A DNA stretch of 64,000 nucleotides from Convolutriloba macropyga. Taxonomy: Eukaryota. The stretch is from positions 22,940,001-23,004,000 of the forward strand of contig NC_134481.1 of the NCBI RefSeq assembly GCF_964194025.1. Reading direction: 5' to 3'. The notes under the pieces were generated by a model that did not search any database, was not told the DNA's origin, and worked only from the letters and a program-made list of their open reading frames with translations. The translations under genes were made by a program, and so were the position numbers. Position 1 is the first letter of the stretch; each line of letters begins with the position of its first letter. Of the stretch, positions 49,577-62,200 are shown piece by piece.

Positions 49577-50080
49577 GAATGCAATTATGGATCAGTTGTG
49601 GAAACTACATGTACTGTCAAAAGCAACCTCTCATCTTCTTCCCTCAATCCAAGACTAACTTCTCCATGCCAAGGAAGCCAAACAATCACGAGAAGTGTCA
49701 CATGCCAGTACTGTTTCCAAACACAGGAATACACCCACCATACATGCATAGACGAGTGTACACAATGTTCCAGTGTTTCAACCCCGAGAGAACGATACCT
49801 CTCGAACTGTACGGCTAATTCAGACGTGTTCTGTATGGGCAAACGGAGTTTTTACAAAATGAAACCTTGCAAATTTACAACAGGGTATAAGTGGTCCACG
49901 GCTTTTGCCCTAAGTTTAACCCTGGGAGGTTTCGGGGCTGATAGGTTTTACCTGGGCTACTGGAGAGAAGGGCTTGGAAAATTGTTCAGTTTTGGTGGCC
50001 TTGGAGTTTGGACAATTGTGGATGTGGTGTTGATAGGAGTTGGATTCACCACGCCTTCTGATGGCTCTTTGTTCATTTAG
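49577..50080 (+). CDS. TM2D3: TM2D3 coding exon 2 (TM2 domain)
   Basis: Branch point CTAAC near 49545 and acceptor TTTAG at 49576, in frame with exon 1. Contains GYKWSTAFALSLTLGGFGADRFYLGYWREGLGKLFSFGGLGVWTIVDV..DGSLFI. Spliced product is 263 aa. Confidence 0.96.
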   Translation, partial: ECNYGSVVETTCTVKSNLSSSSLNPRLTSPCQGSQTITRSVTCQYCFQTQEYTHHTCIDECTQCSSVSTPRERYLSNCTANSDVFCMGKRSFYKMKPCKFTTGYKWSTAFALSLTLGGFGADRFYLGYWREGLGKLFSFGGLGVWTIVDVVLIGVGFTTPSDGSLFI

Positions 50081-50304
50081 ATTAAAATATAGATCAAGAT
50101 TTGTTATTTATACAGTAGCTTTTTAATCCAATTGGTTTTGAGAAAAAGAAGTTTTCACAAATTAGATTAAAACAAAAACTTGCCAGATTTTATATTTGTA
50201 TTATCTCGTGATCGCGGAAATTATGAGAAATATTACAAATTTCAAAAGGTTAGCAGGCAAACTCTAGATGATTCTCTTTAATGCTAACAATTTGGTGATC
50301 AAAT

Positions 50305-50310
50305 GGTGTA
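50305..50310 (+). other. Left 6-bp target-site duplication GGTGTA
   Basis: Immediately precedes AGTAGT; identical direct repeat at 63559-63564. Confidence 0.9.
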
Positions 50311-50345
50311 AGTAGTAAATATAGGGAGCACTAGGAAAGGGGGGA

Positions 50346-51990
50346 ATTAAATCTGTTAAAAGGGTCAAAAATTGAATGGTGATAGTAGGGTCTAAAAATG
50401 CATGCGGATAACTGGGTAGAGTTTTGATATGGATATAGTAGGGTATAGATTTCAAAGTATGCAAGCTGGTATTGGGGTGAAATTTGAATCAGGATAGTAG
50501 TTTAAAGTGTTGCATGGGATAAGAGGGTATAATTTTGCCTTGGGGATAATAGGCTATATAATTGAATATCAGCAAACGGATTATAGAGTGAAGATTTGAA
50601 TCAGTATAGTAGGGTATTGCGTTGCGTGGAGATAATAGGGTATAGATTTCATAATCTGCAAGTGGGTATTAGGGTGAAGATTGAAAACAGGATAGTAGGG
50701 TCGAGTATTGCATGTGGAGCATAGGGTATAGTTTTGCCAAGAGTATAATAGGTCAAAAGTTTGAATATCTCAATGCGGTAACAGTGTGAACATTTGAATC
50801 GGGAAAATAGGATATAGTCTTGCTTGGGGTAATAGGGTATAGTTTTGCAATGGAGATAGCAGTGTATAGTTTTGTATGGGGATAAAAATGTATGCATTAC
50901 AATATCTGAATGCGGTAAAAAATATCAGAATTTGAATTAAGATAGTTTTGTATTGTGTTTCATGGGAAAGTGTGTTATATTTTTGCCGTGGGGATAATAG
51001 GATATAGATTGAGTATCTGCAATCGGGTAATAGCGTGAAACTTTGAATCAGGATAGTAAGATACAGAATTGCATGGGTGGAATAGATCGTAGATTCGCAT
51101 GGTGGTAGTAGGATATAGTTTTGCCGTAGAGATATGAGGATGTAGATTTGAGTATCTGCAAACGGTTAATAGGGTGATGCTTTGAATCAAGATAGTAGGG
51201 ATAGAATTGCATGGGTGTAGTAGGGTGAAGGTTCCATGGACGTAGTTGGTTATAGTTTTGCTATAGAGATACTAGGGTGTAGATTTGAGTATCTGCAAAC
51301 GGTTTATAGGGTGAAGATTTGAATCATGATTGTGGGGTTCAGTAGCGCATGGAAAATAACAACGTAATGTTTTTCCCTTGGGATAATAGGTTATAGATTT
51401 TAAATTCTGCAATCGAGTATTGATTTGGAGATTTATGAATGGGGATAATAGGGTATAAATCCCTTGATAATATTGAGGAATAGCTTTTGCACGAGGATGT
51501 TAGATAATAGCGGCTACATGTACACCGCTAAAGCTACAGTTTGTCTATTGGAAATATAAATCATTTTCAGCGTCTGGATGATTCTGTGTTTTTTTGCCCT
51601 GGGGATAGTGGGGTATGAATCTGAATATCTGCAAAAAGAATAAAAAGTTGAAGTTTGATTCGGGATATTTGAAAATCTGCATACGGGTAAAAGGGTAAGG
51701 ATTTGAAAAGATATAGTAGACGTAGTATGGCACTGGGAAAAGAGGGCATAGCATTTTCACGGTTATAGTGGGGTACAGGATTAAACGTCTGCAGAGCAAT
51801 AGGGTAAAAATTTGATGTGTCATATTTGGGTGAAATGTTGCATGGAGTTAAAAGGGTATAGTGTAGATGGGGTTTTAGAGTTTAGTTTTGCAATGGGGAT
51901 GCTAGTGTACAGAATTGATTTTTTGCATGCGATTCATAGGTTTGAAGTTTGAAAGGGATTATTATGCTACAGTATGGCATGGGATAAAAA
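50346..51990 (+). repeat. Degenerate subterminal short-period repeats (GGGATAATAGGGTATAG-like); mirror at about 60900-63000
   Basis: Recurrent GCATGG..GATA(A/G)TAGGGTATAG(A/T)TTT motifs every ~35-40 bp. Confidence 0.8.
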
Positions 51991-51994
51991 GGAA

Positions 51995-54420
51995 TATATT
52001 ACTACATACAACTTACTGCATGCTACCTAATAGATTCTACTTAAAAGATACTAAATACTACTTACTACATACTACTCACTAAAGACTACTGGCTACAAAC
52101 TACTTACTACAAGCTACTTGCCCCTACTGCTTACTGGTTACTACTCACTACATACCACTTACTACATACTATTACTACTTACTACATAATACATGCTACT
52201 TACTACATTCTACTTACTTTTACTAACTATTACATACTACTTACTATCTAATACTTACAATTTATTTTTCCTTACATCCTACTTACCGCTTAGTAATTAC
52301 TAATTTTTTTTATACTACCTACTACTTAACTACTTACTCTTTACTATTTATAACACACTACTTACTGCATAAAACCTGATAAAAACTATTTACTAAAACT
52401 ACTTACTACTTACAGCATGATACCTTCCACTGACTAATTAATTACTACCAAATAAAAGTTACTACGTAATACTTACTACTGAACACATACTACTTACTAC
52501 GTACTTCTTTCTTCATAGTACATACTACTTTCTACATACTACAAACTACTTACCACAAAACTGTTTACCATCTCCTAGTTATTACTTACTACAAATTTTT
52601 TACTATTTATACAGAATATCTACTAAATACTTCTTACTCTATACTACTTAATACATACTAGTCACAACATACTAATTATATACTACATGCCATATAATAC
52701 ATACTACTTACCACAAACTAAATACCACTTACTAAATAATACGTACTAAGTACTGCTTACTACATACAACCTACTACTTAACTACTAACTAATTACAACA
52801 TACTACAACTACTGTATACTATTTAAAACAAAATAATTACTTCTTTCTAAATAATACTGAATTTGTACTACTTACAACTAATTATATACTACTTACTACA
52901 TACTAAATACTACTTCCTGCATACCACTGACTACTTACTAATTACCTGTTACTAAATACATACTGCTCCCTAAGTACTTCGTTCTTCATGATACATACTA
53001 ACCACATACTACTTTCTATAAACTACACACTACTTACCACAAAAAGATTACTAATTACTACTACCTACTAGTTGCTTCTTACTACACTACAAAAACTTAC
53101 TAATTATTACAGACTACCTACTAAACACTACTTAATGTAAACTAGTTAATACATAATAGCCGCGAAATACTATTTTCTAAATGCTACATACCATTTACTA
53201 CATGCTACCTGCCACAAATTACATACTACTTACTACATACAACTTAATACTTACTAGTTATTACTTGCTAAATACTGCCTATTACATTGTATTTACTATA
53301 TACTACCTACTACCTAACTAGTTACTAATTACAACATACTATATTTACTGCATACTACTTATTACATACTAATTACTTCATACTAAAACCTGCTTAATAT
53401 GAACTACTTACTACTAAATGTATACTACTTACTTCGAAATACATACTAATTACTACATGCTCTTTACTACACACTGCATACTAATTACCATATACTAATT
53501 ACAACCTACTTAATAGACCTTGCAACATAATACTTACTACACTACATACAACTTACTTCATACTACTTAGTAAGTACTAAGTAAGCAAAAGTTAGTAGGT
53601 GGTATGCAGTATGTAGTAAGTAATGAAAAGTATGTAGTAAGAAGTAAGTAGAAATTGATATATAAAATGAAGTAAGTAGTGTGTAGTGAATAGTCTGCAT
53701 CAAGAATAAGTATTATAAAGTAGGTACTAGTGCTTACTAGGTATACGTAGTGCTTACTACAAACAACTAATTACGTACTACTTACCCTTACTACATAAGA
53801 ATAACTAAAAAGTACTTACTACTCACTAATTACTGCGTACTAAAAACTACCTACTATATACTAGTTACTTCTTGATGCAAACTGTTCACTATATATTACT
53901 TACTTCCTTTTATATATTACTTTCTTTTTACTGCTTACTACATACTTTTCATTACTTACTACAAACTACCTACCACCTACTACTCACCACTTCCTACCTA
54001 CTACAAAATACTTACTACTTTTCACATACTACTAACTACATACTAACTTTTGCTTACTACTTAATAGACTAATACGAATACCTAATACAACCATCAACAT
54101 GATGCTAACTACTTTCTACAGTGTTACAAAATACTACTTACTTCTACTTACCACCTAGAACGTGCAACTTACTACTTACTGTGTTCTACCGACTACTTTA
54201 TTCTTATGACTATTTTGTTCCTACTACTACTTAGTGCTTAGTACTTACCACTTGTTTTTTATTACTTACATTTACCTACTTAATAGTCACTACTTACAAT
54301 CTAATTCTTAGTATTTACTACACACTCTTTACTAGTTAGTACTTACTACTTAATACTCACTTTTTACTAGTATTACTTAATTACTTTATACCTACAGTTT
54401 TAAAATTACTTCTAGTATTA
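51995..54420 (+). repeat. Low-complexity TAC/TACT/TACTACT-rich tract; mirror at about 58450-60895
   Basis: About 2.4 kb dominated by TACTACTTACTAC words, almost G-free on the + strand except for one inverted block. Confidence 0.92.
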
Positions 54421-56148
54421 AGTTTCCAAAAATTTTGTCCGTGTATTTGACTTCTATATCGTATTATCTTTATTTTTTTTTCATATTTAGCACTTCGGAG
54501 TCATCTGCACTTCTTGTACTTTTTAAAAACATTTACTAAACAACAACTGGGAGTCATGCGAAATAGTTCTTTCATTGGCGAAATCAAACATAAAGAACCT
54601 CTACAGTTTTCCTTTTCCGCTCAGAACTTATCCATTAGGGTCATCACTGGTCAGCAATACCGCATTTTATATTTACTATTTTGAAAATTCTCTGAGAATA
54701 ATCAGAAGATTAGTTTGAAAATTAAACAATGGTGTTCTTATAGAGTTCAATCAGTCCTCAAAAATCATTTGTTTACCACTTTATGCTCTTCTGTAAAAGA
54801 TGTGGTCAAAAGCATTATTATAATCAAAAACTGTTTGGGAGGTGAAAACTAACTGCAAAAAGTAATATAATTTCACCACTTTGGATAAAATAAATATAGT
54901 AGAAATTTTTTATCAACGTTCAGTTGCACTCGTTTAAATATGAGAAATTAAACTTGTATCGATAGCGGAAACTAATACAAATCTGGTCACCTTGGATCTC
55001 TTGCATAAGTGTTTCAACAAAGGAATGGGAATCTAAAGATTGTTTAAGTGATAAAAATTAAAATTGGTGAAAGTTTCCTCGATTCAGAATGCTTTTTTTG
55101 TTCCTTTTTGACATAAACTCAATTGATGAATTATTCACTTGTCTCTATCGTGTTCGAACTTGTTGTTTTCGAGTACGAATTTTGTCAAAACGTAATACGT
55201 CTGAATCATATGGCTTGTTGTGTAGTAAATGAAAGGGAAGTCTATTAACAGTCTGAACAAGACGAGTTCAAGTTTGAGTTTGTGTTCTAAAAATAGCCCT
55301 TAGGTAATGTTTCCATCAGAATGTAGAAAGCGTCCTACCTAGACGTTTTACATGTAGTTAAAAAATACTATCTTCAACGTGAGTCTGCATATGCAATACC
55401 AATAGATAGATTATTCACATTAGACGCCCAGACTTCTGGTACTGCGCAAAAGTTTTCACTGGATATATAGCCCTCAGGCATTTGTCGAGTTTACAAACAG
55501 TATTCTCAACAGTGTGTTAATTTTCCGTATAAACTTATAAAACCTTGTGCTTCAAAATGGAGTAAAGGTAAGTCCATTACGTATTTGGGCAACAATCCTA
55601 ACATATAGGGAATAATTGCCAAGAACTTTCCATCCGCTCGCATGATCGAACATGTTTGGGGAAAAAGAGCCATAAAGTGTCATAGGGTGCACTGGTTTAT
55701 AACTACTAGTGACCTCTGGTCACACCATTCCTTGCCCCGATAACCTTGGAATTTATCGACCAAGTCTGAAGAGATTTATGTTCACACATTTCATTGCTAG
55801 AAATGTTTGTTAATTCAAAGTACTCATGATGTAATCTTTAGTTAGGTCCGTCTTTTTAAATCCTTTTAAATCCGAATTTTTTTGACAGAAAATGTGCATC
55901 ATTGGTTTTCCGTATGAAAGATGCTTTTTGATTTATCAAACTTTTAATTTGCCATAATTGTTTAACATATGCAAACTTGGTCTATTACGTTCAGTAGTGC
56001 GGGCAATTTAACTTATGATGGTCAACTATGATCAAATTTCCGTGTGTGTCTCAATAAAACTTTTGTAAACTTGAAAAATCTGATCCGGGCGTAAAAAACC
56101 GAAATGGCCACATTAGATAGGGGACAGAAAAAACATGCCATCTAATAT

Positions 56149-56255
56149 CCCGAGTCGGATTCGGATGTTAATCTTGCAAGATTCTTGCAAAAGGATGTTT
56201 ATCTTGCAAGATCTTACAAGAATCTTGCAAGATTAACATCCGAATCCGACTCGGG
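56149..56255. mobile_element. 107-bp MITE-like apex of the palindrome built from TCTTGCAAGA units
   Basis: CCCGAGTCGG...CCGACTCGGG ends, five TCTTGCAAGA-like palindromic decamers, flanked by ATAT on both sides. Confidence 0.5.
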
Positions 56256-59200
56256 ATATTAGATGGCATGTTTTTTCTGTCCCCCATCTAATGTGGCCAT
56301 TTCGGTTTTTTACGCCCGGATCAGATTTTTCAAGTTAACAAAAGTTTTATAGAGACACACACGGAAATTTGATCAAAGTTTGTTTGACCATCATAAGTTA
56401 AATTGCCCGCACTACTGAACGTAATAGACCAAGTTTGCATATGTTAAACAATTATGGCAAATTAAAAGTTTGATAAATCAAAAATCATCTTTCATACGGA
56501 AAACCAATGCTGTATATTTTCTGTCAAAAAAATTCGGATTTGAAAAGATTTGGATTCAATCTAATCAGAATTTACTCCAGCGTGGGACGGACCTAACTAA
56601 AGATTACATCATGAGTACTTTGAATTAACAAACCTTTCTAGCTATGAAATGTGTGAACATAAATCTTTTCAGTCTTGGCCAATAATTTCCAAGGTTATCG
56701 GGGCATGGAATTGTGTGACCAGAGGTCACTAGTAGTAATAAACCAGTGCACCCTATGACACTTTTTGGCTCTTTTTCCCCAAACATGTTCGATCATGCGC
56801 GCGGATGGAAAGTTCTTGGCAATTATTCCCTATATGTTAGGATTGTTGCCCAAATATGTAATGGACTTACCTTTACTCCATTTTGAAGCGCAAGGTTTTA
56901 TAAGTTTATACGGAAAATTAACACACTGTTGAGAATACTGTTTGTATACTCGACAAATGCATGAGGGCTATAAATCCAGTGAAAACTTTTGCGCAGTACC
57001 AGAAGTCTGGGCGTCTAATGTGAATAATCTATCTGTTGGTATTGCATATGCAGACTCACGTTGAAGATAGTATTTTTTAACTACATGTAAAACGTCTAGG
57101 TAGGACGCTTTCTACATTCTGATGGAAACATTACCTAAGGGCTATTTTTAGAACACAAACTCAAACTTGAACTCGTCTTGTTCAGACTGTTAATAGACTT
57201 CCCTTTCATTTACTACACAACAAGCCATATGATTTGATTCAAACGTATTACGTTTTGACAAAATTCGTTCTCGAAAACAACAAGTTCGAACGCGATAGAG
57301 ACAAATGAATAATTCTTCAATTGAGTTTATGTCAAAAAGGAACAAAAAAGCATTCTGAAGGACAGTAATCTACTGAAACTTTGAGCTCATTAATTGTTAT
57401 TTTGTCCAGCAAAGTTCAGTGTTTTTTTTACAGGGAAGACAGTCCGTCGAGTAGAAAGAACACAATTGCAAGTTGAGAGTTTTTCTACCCCCGCAAATAA
57501 AATCAGGTTAATTTATAATTTTTAAAGGAATTCGTTGTGTGAACTGATACTATGAAGTTAAAATAAAGTTCTCGAGGAAGTCGAAAAGCATAAAAATCTT
57601 GTTTTTTAGTTTCGAAGAATCTGTCAGCAAAAGAAACGAGTATTGTTATTTGACTATAAATGGGCCTTTGCAAGCAATTTTCTGTTAGTTTTTGCCATCT
57701 AACCGTTTTTCATTTTTAGTTTTTCTCATAACTTCAATTATTCTCATAACTTCGGTTATTCTCATAGGTACACTTTGACACCAAAAGTGAGGAAACTTTC
57801 ACCAATTTTAATTTTTATCACTTAAACAATCTTTAGATTCCATTTCCTTTGTTGAAACACTTATGCAAGAGATCCAAGGTGACCAGATTTGTATTAGTTT
57901 CCACTATCGATACAAGTTTAATTTCTCATATTTAAACGAGTGCAACTGAACGTTGATAAAAAATTTCTACTATATTTATTTTATCCAAAGTGGTGAAATT
58001 ATATTACTTTTTGCAGTTAGTTTTCACCTCCCAAACAGTTTTTAATAATAATAATGCTTTTGACCACACCATTTAGAAAAGAGCATAAAGTGGTAAAGAA
58101 ATGATTCTTGAGGACTGATTGAACTCTATAAGAACACCATTGTTTAATTTTCAAACTAATCTTCTGATTATTCTAAGAGAATTTTCAAATTAGTAAGTAT
58201 AAAATGCGGTATTGCTGACCAGTGATGACCCTAATGGATAAGTTCTGAGCGGAAAAGAAACCTGTAGAGTTTCTTTATGTTTGATTTCGCCAATAAAAGA
58301 ACTATTTCGCATGACTCCCAGTTGTTGTTTAGTAAATCTTATTTTAAAAAAGTACAAGAAGTGCAGATGACTCCGAAGTGCTAAATATGAAAAAAGAATA
58401 AAGATAATACGATATAGAAGTCAAATACACGGACAAAATTTTTGAAAACTTAATACTAGAAGTAATTTTAAAACTGTAGGTATAAAGTAATTAAGTAATA
58501 CTAGTAAAAAGTGAGTATTAAGTAGTAAGTACTAACTAGTAAAGAGTGTGTAGTAAATACTAAGAATTAGATTGTAAGTAGTGACTATTAAGTAGGTAAA
58601 TGTAAGTAATAAAAAACAAGTGGTAAGTACTAAGCACTAAGTAGTAGTAGGAACAAAATAGTCATAGGAATAAAGTAGTCGGTAGAACACAGTAAGTAGT
58701 AAGTTGCAAACTGTTAGTTTAAAGAAGTACGTTCTAGGTGGTAAGTAGTATGAAGTAAGTAGTATTTTGTAACACTGTAGAAAGTAGTTAGCACCATGTT
58801 GATGGTTGTATTAGGTATTCGTATTAGTCTATTAAGTAGTAAGCAAAAGTTAGTATGTAGTAAGTAGTATGTGAAAAGTAGTAAGTATTTTGTAGTAGGT
58901 AGGAATTGGTGAATAGTAGGTGGTAGGTAGTATGTAGTAAGTAATGAAAAGTATGTAGTAAGCAGTAAGTAGAATGTAATATATAAAATGAAGGAGGTAA
59001 TATATAGTGAACAGTTTGCATCAAGAAGTAACTAGTATATAGTAGGTAGTTTTTAGTACGCAGTAATTAGTGAGTAGTAAGTACTTTTTAGTTGTTCTTA
59101 TGTAGTAAGGGTAAGCAGTACGTAATTAGTAGTTTGTAGTAAGCACTAGGTATACCTAGTAAGCACTAGTACCTACTTTATAATACTTACTTCTTGATGC

Positions 59201-62200
59201 AGACTATTCACTACATACTACTTACTTCATTTTATATATCTATTTCTACTTACTTCTTACTACATACTTTTCATTACTTACTATATACTGCATACCACCT
59301 ACTATTTTTTGCTTACTTAGTACTTACTAAGTAGTATGAAGTAAGTTGTATGCAGTGTAGTAAGTATTATGTTGCAAGATCTATTAAGTAGGTTGTAATT
59401 AGTATATGGTAATTAGTATGCAGTGTGTAGCAAAGAGCATGTAGTAATTAGTATGTGTTTCGAAGTAAGTAGTATACATTTAGTAGTAAGTAGTTCATAT
59501 TAAGCAGTTTTTAGTATGAAGTAATTAGTATGTAATAAGTAGTATGCAGTAAATATAGTATGTTGTAATTAGTAACTAGTTAGGTAGTAGGTAGTATATA
59601 GTAAGTACAATGTAATAGGCAGTATTTAGTAAGTAATAACTAGTAAGTAGTAAGTGGTATGTAGTAAGTAGTATGTAATTCGTGGTAGGTAGCATGTAGT
59701 ATATGGTATGTAGCATTTAGAAAATAGTATTTTGCGGCTATTATGTATTAACTAGTATACATTAAGTAGTATTTAGTAGGTAGTCTGTAATAATTAGTAA
59801 GTTTTTGTAGTGTAGTAAGAAGCAACTAGTAGGTAGTAGTAACTAGTAATCTTTTTGTGATAAGTAGTGTGTATATTGTAGAAAGTAGTATGTGGTTAGT
59901 TTGTACCATGAAGAACGAAGTACTTAGGGAGCAGTATGTATTTAGTAACAAGTAATTAGTAAGTAGTCAGTGGTATGCAGTAAGTAGTATTTAGTATGTA
60001 GTAAGTAGTATATAATTAGTAGTAAGTAGTACAAATTCAGTATTATTAGAAAGAAGTAATTAGTTTGTTTTAAATAGTGTACAGTAGTTGTAGTATGTTG
60101 TAATTAGTTAGTAGTTAAGTAGTAGTTTGTATGTAGTAAGCAGTACTTAGTACGTATTATTTAGTAAGTGGTATTTAGTTCGTGGTAAGTAGTATGTCTT
60201 ATATGGTATGTAGTATATAATTAGTATGTTGTGACTAGTATGTATTAAGTAGTATAGAGTAAGAAGTATTTAGTAGATATTCTGTTATAAATAGTAAATA
60301 GTTTGTAGTAAATAATAACTAGGTGGTAAACAGTTTTGTGGTAAGTAGTTTGTAGTATTTACAAAGTAGTATGTACTATGAAGAAAGAAGTACGTAGTAA
60401 GTAGTACGTGTTCAGTAGCAAGTATTACGTAGTAACTTGTTTTTGGTAGGAATTAATTAGTCAGTGGTAGGTATCATGCTGTAAGTTGTAAGTAGTTTTA
60501 GTAAATAGTTTTTATCAGGTTTTATGCAGTAAGTAGTGTTATAAATAGTAAGTAGTTACGTAGTAGGTATTATAAAGCAAATTAGTAATTACTAAGCGGT
60601 AAGTAGGATGTAAGGAAAAATAAATTGTAACTATTAGATAGTAAGTAGTATGTAATAGTTAGTAGAAGTAAGTAGAATGTAGTAAGTAGCATGTATTATG
60701 TAGTAAGTAGTAATAGTATGTAGTAAGTGGTATGTAGTGAGTAGTCGCCAGTAAGCAGTAGGGGGCAAGTAGCTTGTAGTAAGTAGTTTGTAGCCAGTAG
60801 TTTTTAGTGAGTAGTATGTAGTAAGTAGTATGCAGTATTTAGTATCTTTTAGGTAGAATCTATTTGGTAGCATGCATTAAGTTCTATGTAGTAATATATT
60901 CCTTTTTATTCCATGCCATACTGTAGCATGTTAATCCCTTTCAAACTTCAAACCTATGACTCGCATGCAAAAAATCAATTCTGTACACTAGCATCCCCAT
61001 TGCAAAACTAAACTCTAAAACCCCATCTACACTATACCCTTTTAACTCCATGCAACATTTCACCCAATTATGACACATCAAATTTTCACCCTATTGCTCT
61101 GCAGACGTTTAATCCTGTACCCCACTATAACCGTGAAAATGCTATGCCCTCTTTTCCCAGTGCCATACTAAGTCTACTATATATTTTCAAATCCTTACCC
61201 TTTTACCCGTTTGCAGATTTTCAAATATCCCGAATCAAACTTCAACTTATTATTCTTTTTGCAGATATCCAGATTCATACCCCACTATCCCCAGGGCAAA
61301 AATACATAGAATCATCCAGACGCTGAAAATGATTTATATTTCCAATAGCAAACTGTAGCTTTAGCGGTGTACATGTAGCCGCTATTATCTAACATCCTCG
61401 TGCAAAAGCTATTCCTCATTATTTTCAAGGGATTTATACCCTATTATCCCCATTTATAAATCTCCAACTCAATACTCGATTGCAGAATTTAAAATCTATA
61501 ACCTATTATCCCAAGGGAAAAACTTGACGTTGTTATTTTCCATGCGCTACTGAACCCCACAATCTTGATTCAAATCTTCACCCTATAAACCGTTTGCAGA
61601 TACTCAAATCTACACCCTAGTGTCTCTATAGCAAAACTATAACCAACTACGTCCATGCGAACGTTCACCCTACTACACCCATGCAATTCTATCCCTTCTA
61701 TCTTGATTCAAAGCATCACCCTATTAACCGTTTGCAGATACTCAAATCTACATCCTCATATCTCTACGGCAAAACTATATCCTATTACCACCATGCGAAT
61801 CTACGATCTATTCCACGCATGCAATTCTGTATCCTACTATCCTGATTCAAAGTTTCACGCTATTACCCGATTGCAGATACTCAATCTATATCCTGTTATC
61901 CCCACGGCAAAAATATAACTCACTTTCCCCTGAAACACAATACAAAACTATCTTAATTCAAATTCTGATATTTTTCCCGCATTCAGATATTGTAATGCAT
62001 ACCTTTTTATCCCCATACAAAACTATACACTACTATCTCCATTGCAAAACTATACCCTATTACCCCCAAGCAAGACTATATCCTATTTTCCCGATTCAAA
62101 TCTTCACACTGTTACCGCATTGAGATATTCAAACTTTTGCCCTATTATACTCATTGCACACCTATACCTATGATCCCCATGCAATACTCGACCGTACTAT

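Larger units (their letters stand above)
50311..56187 (+). repeat. Left arm of the giant inverted repeat (5877 bp)
   Basis: Reverse complement of 56217-63558 apart from scattered substitutions and several indels. Confidence 0.96.
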
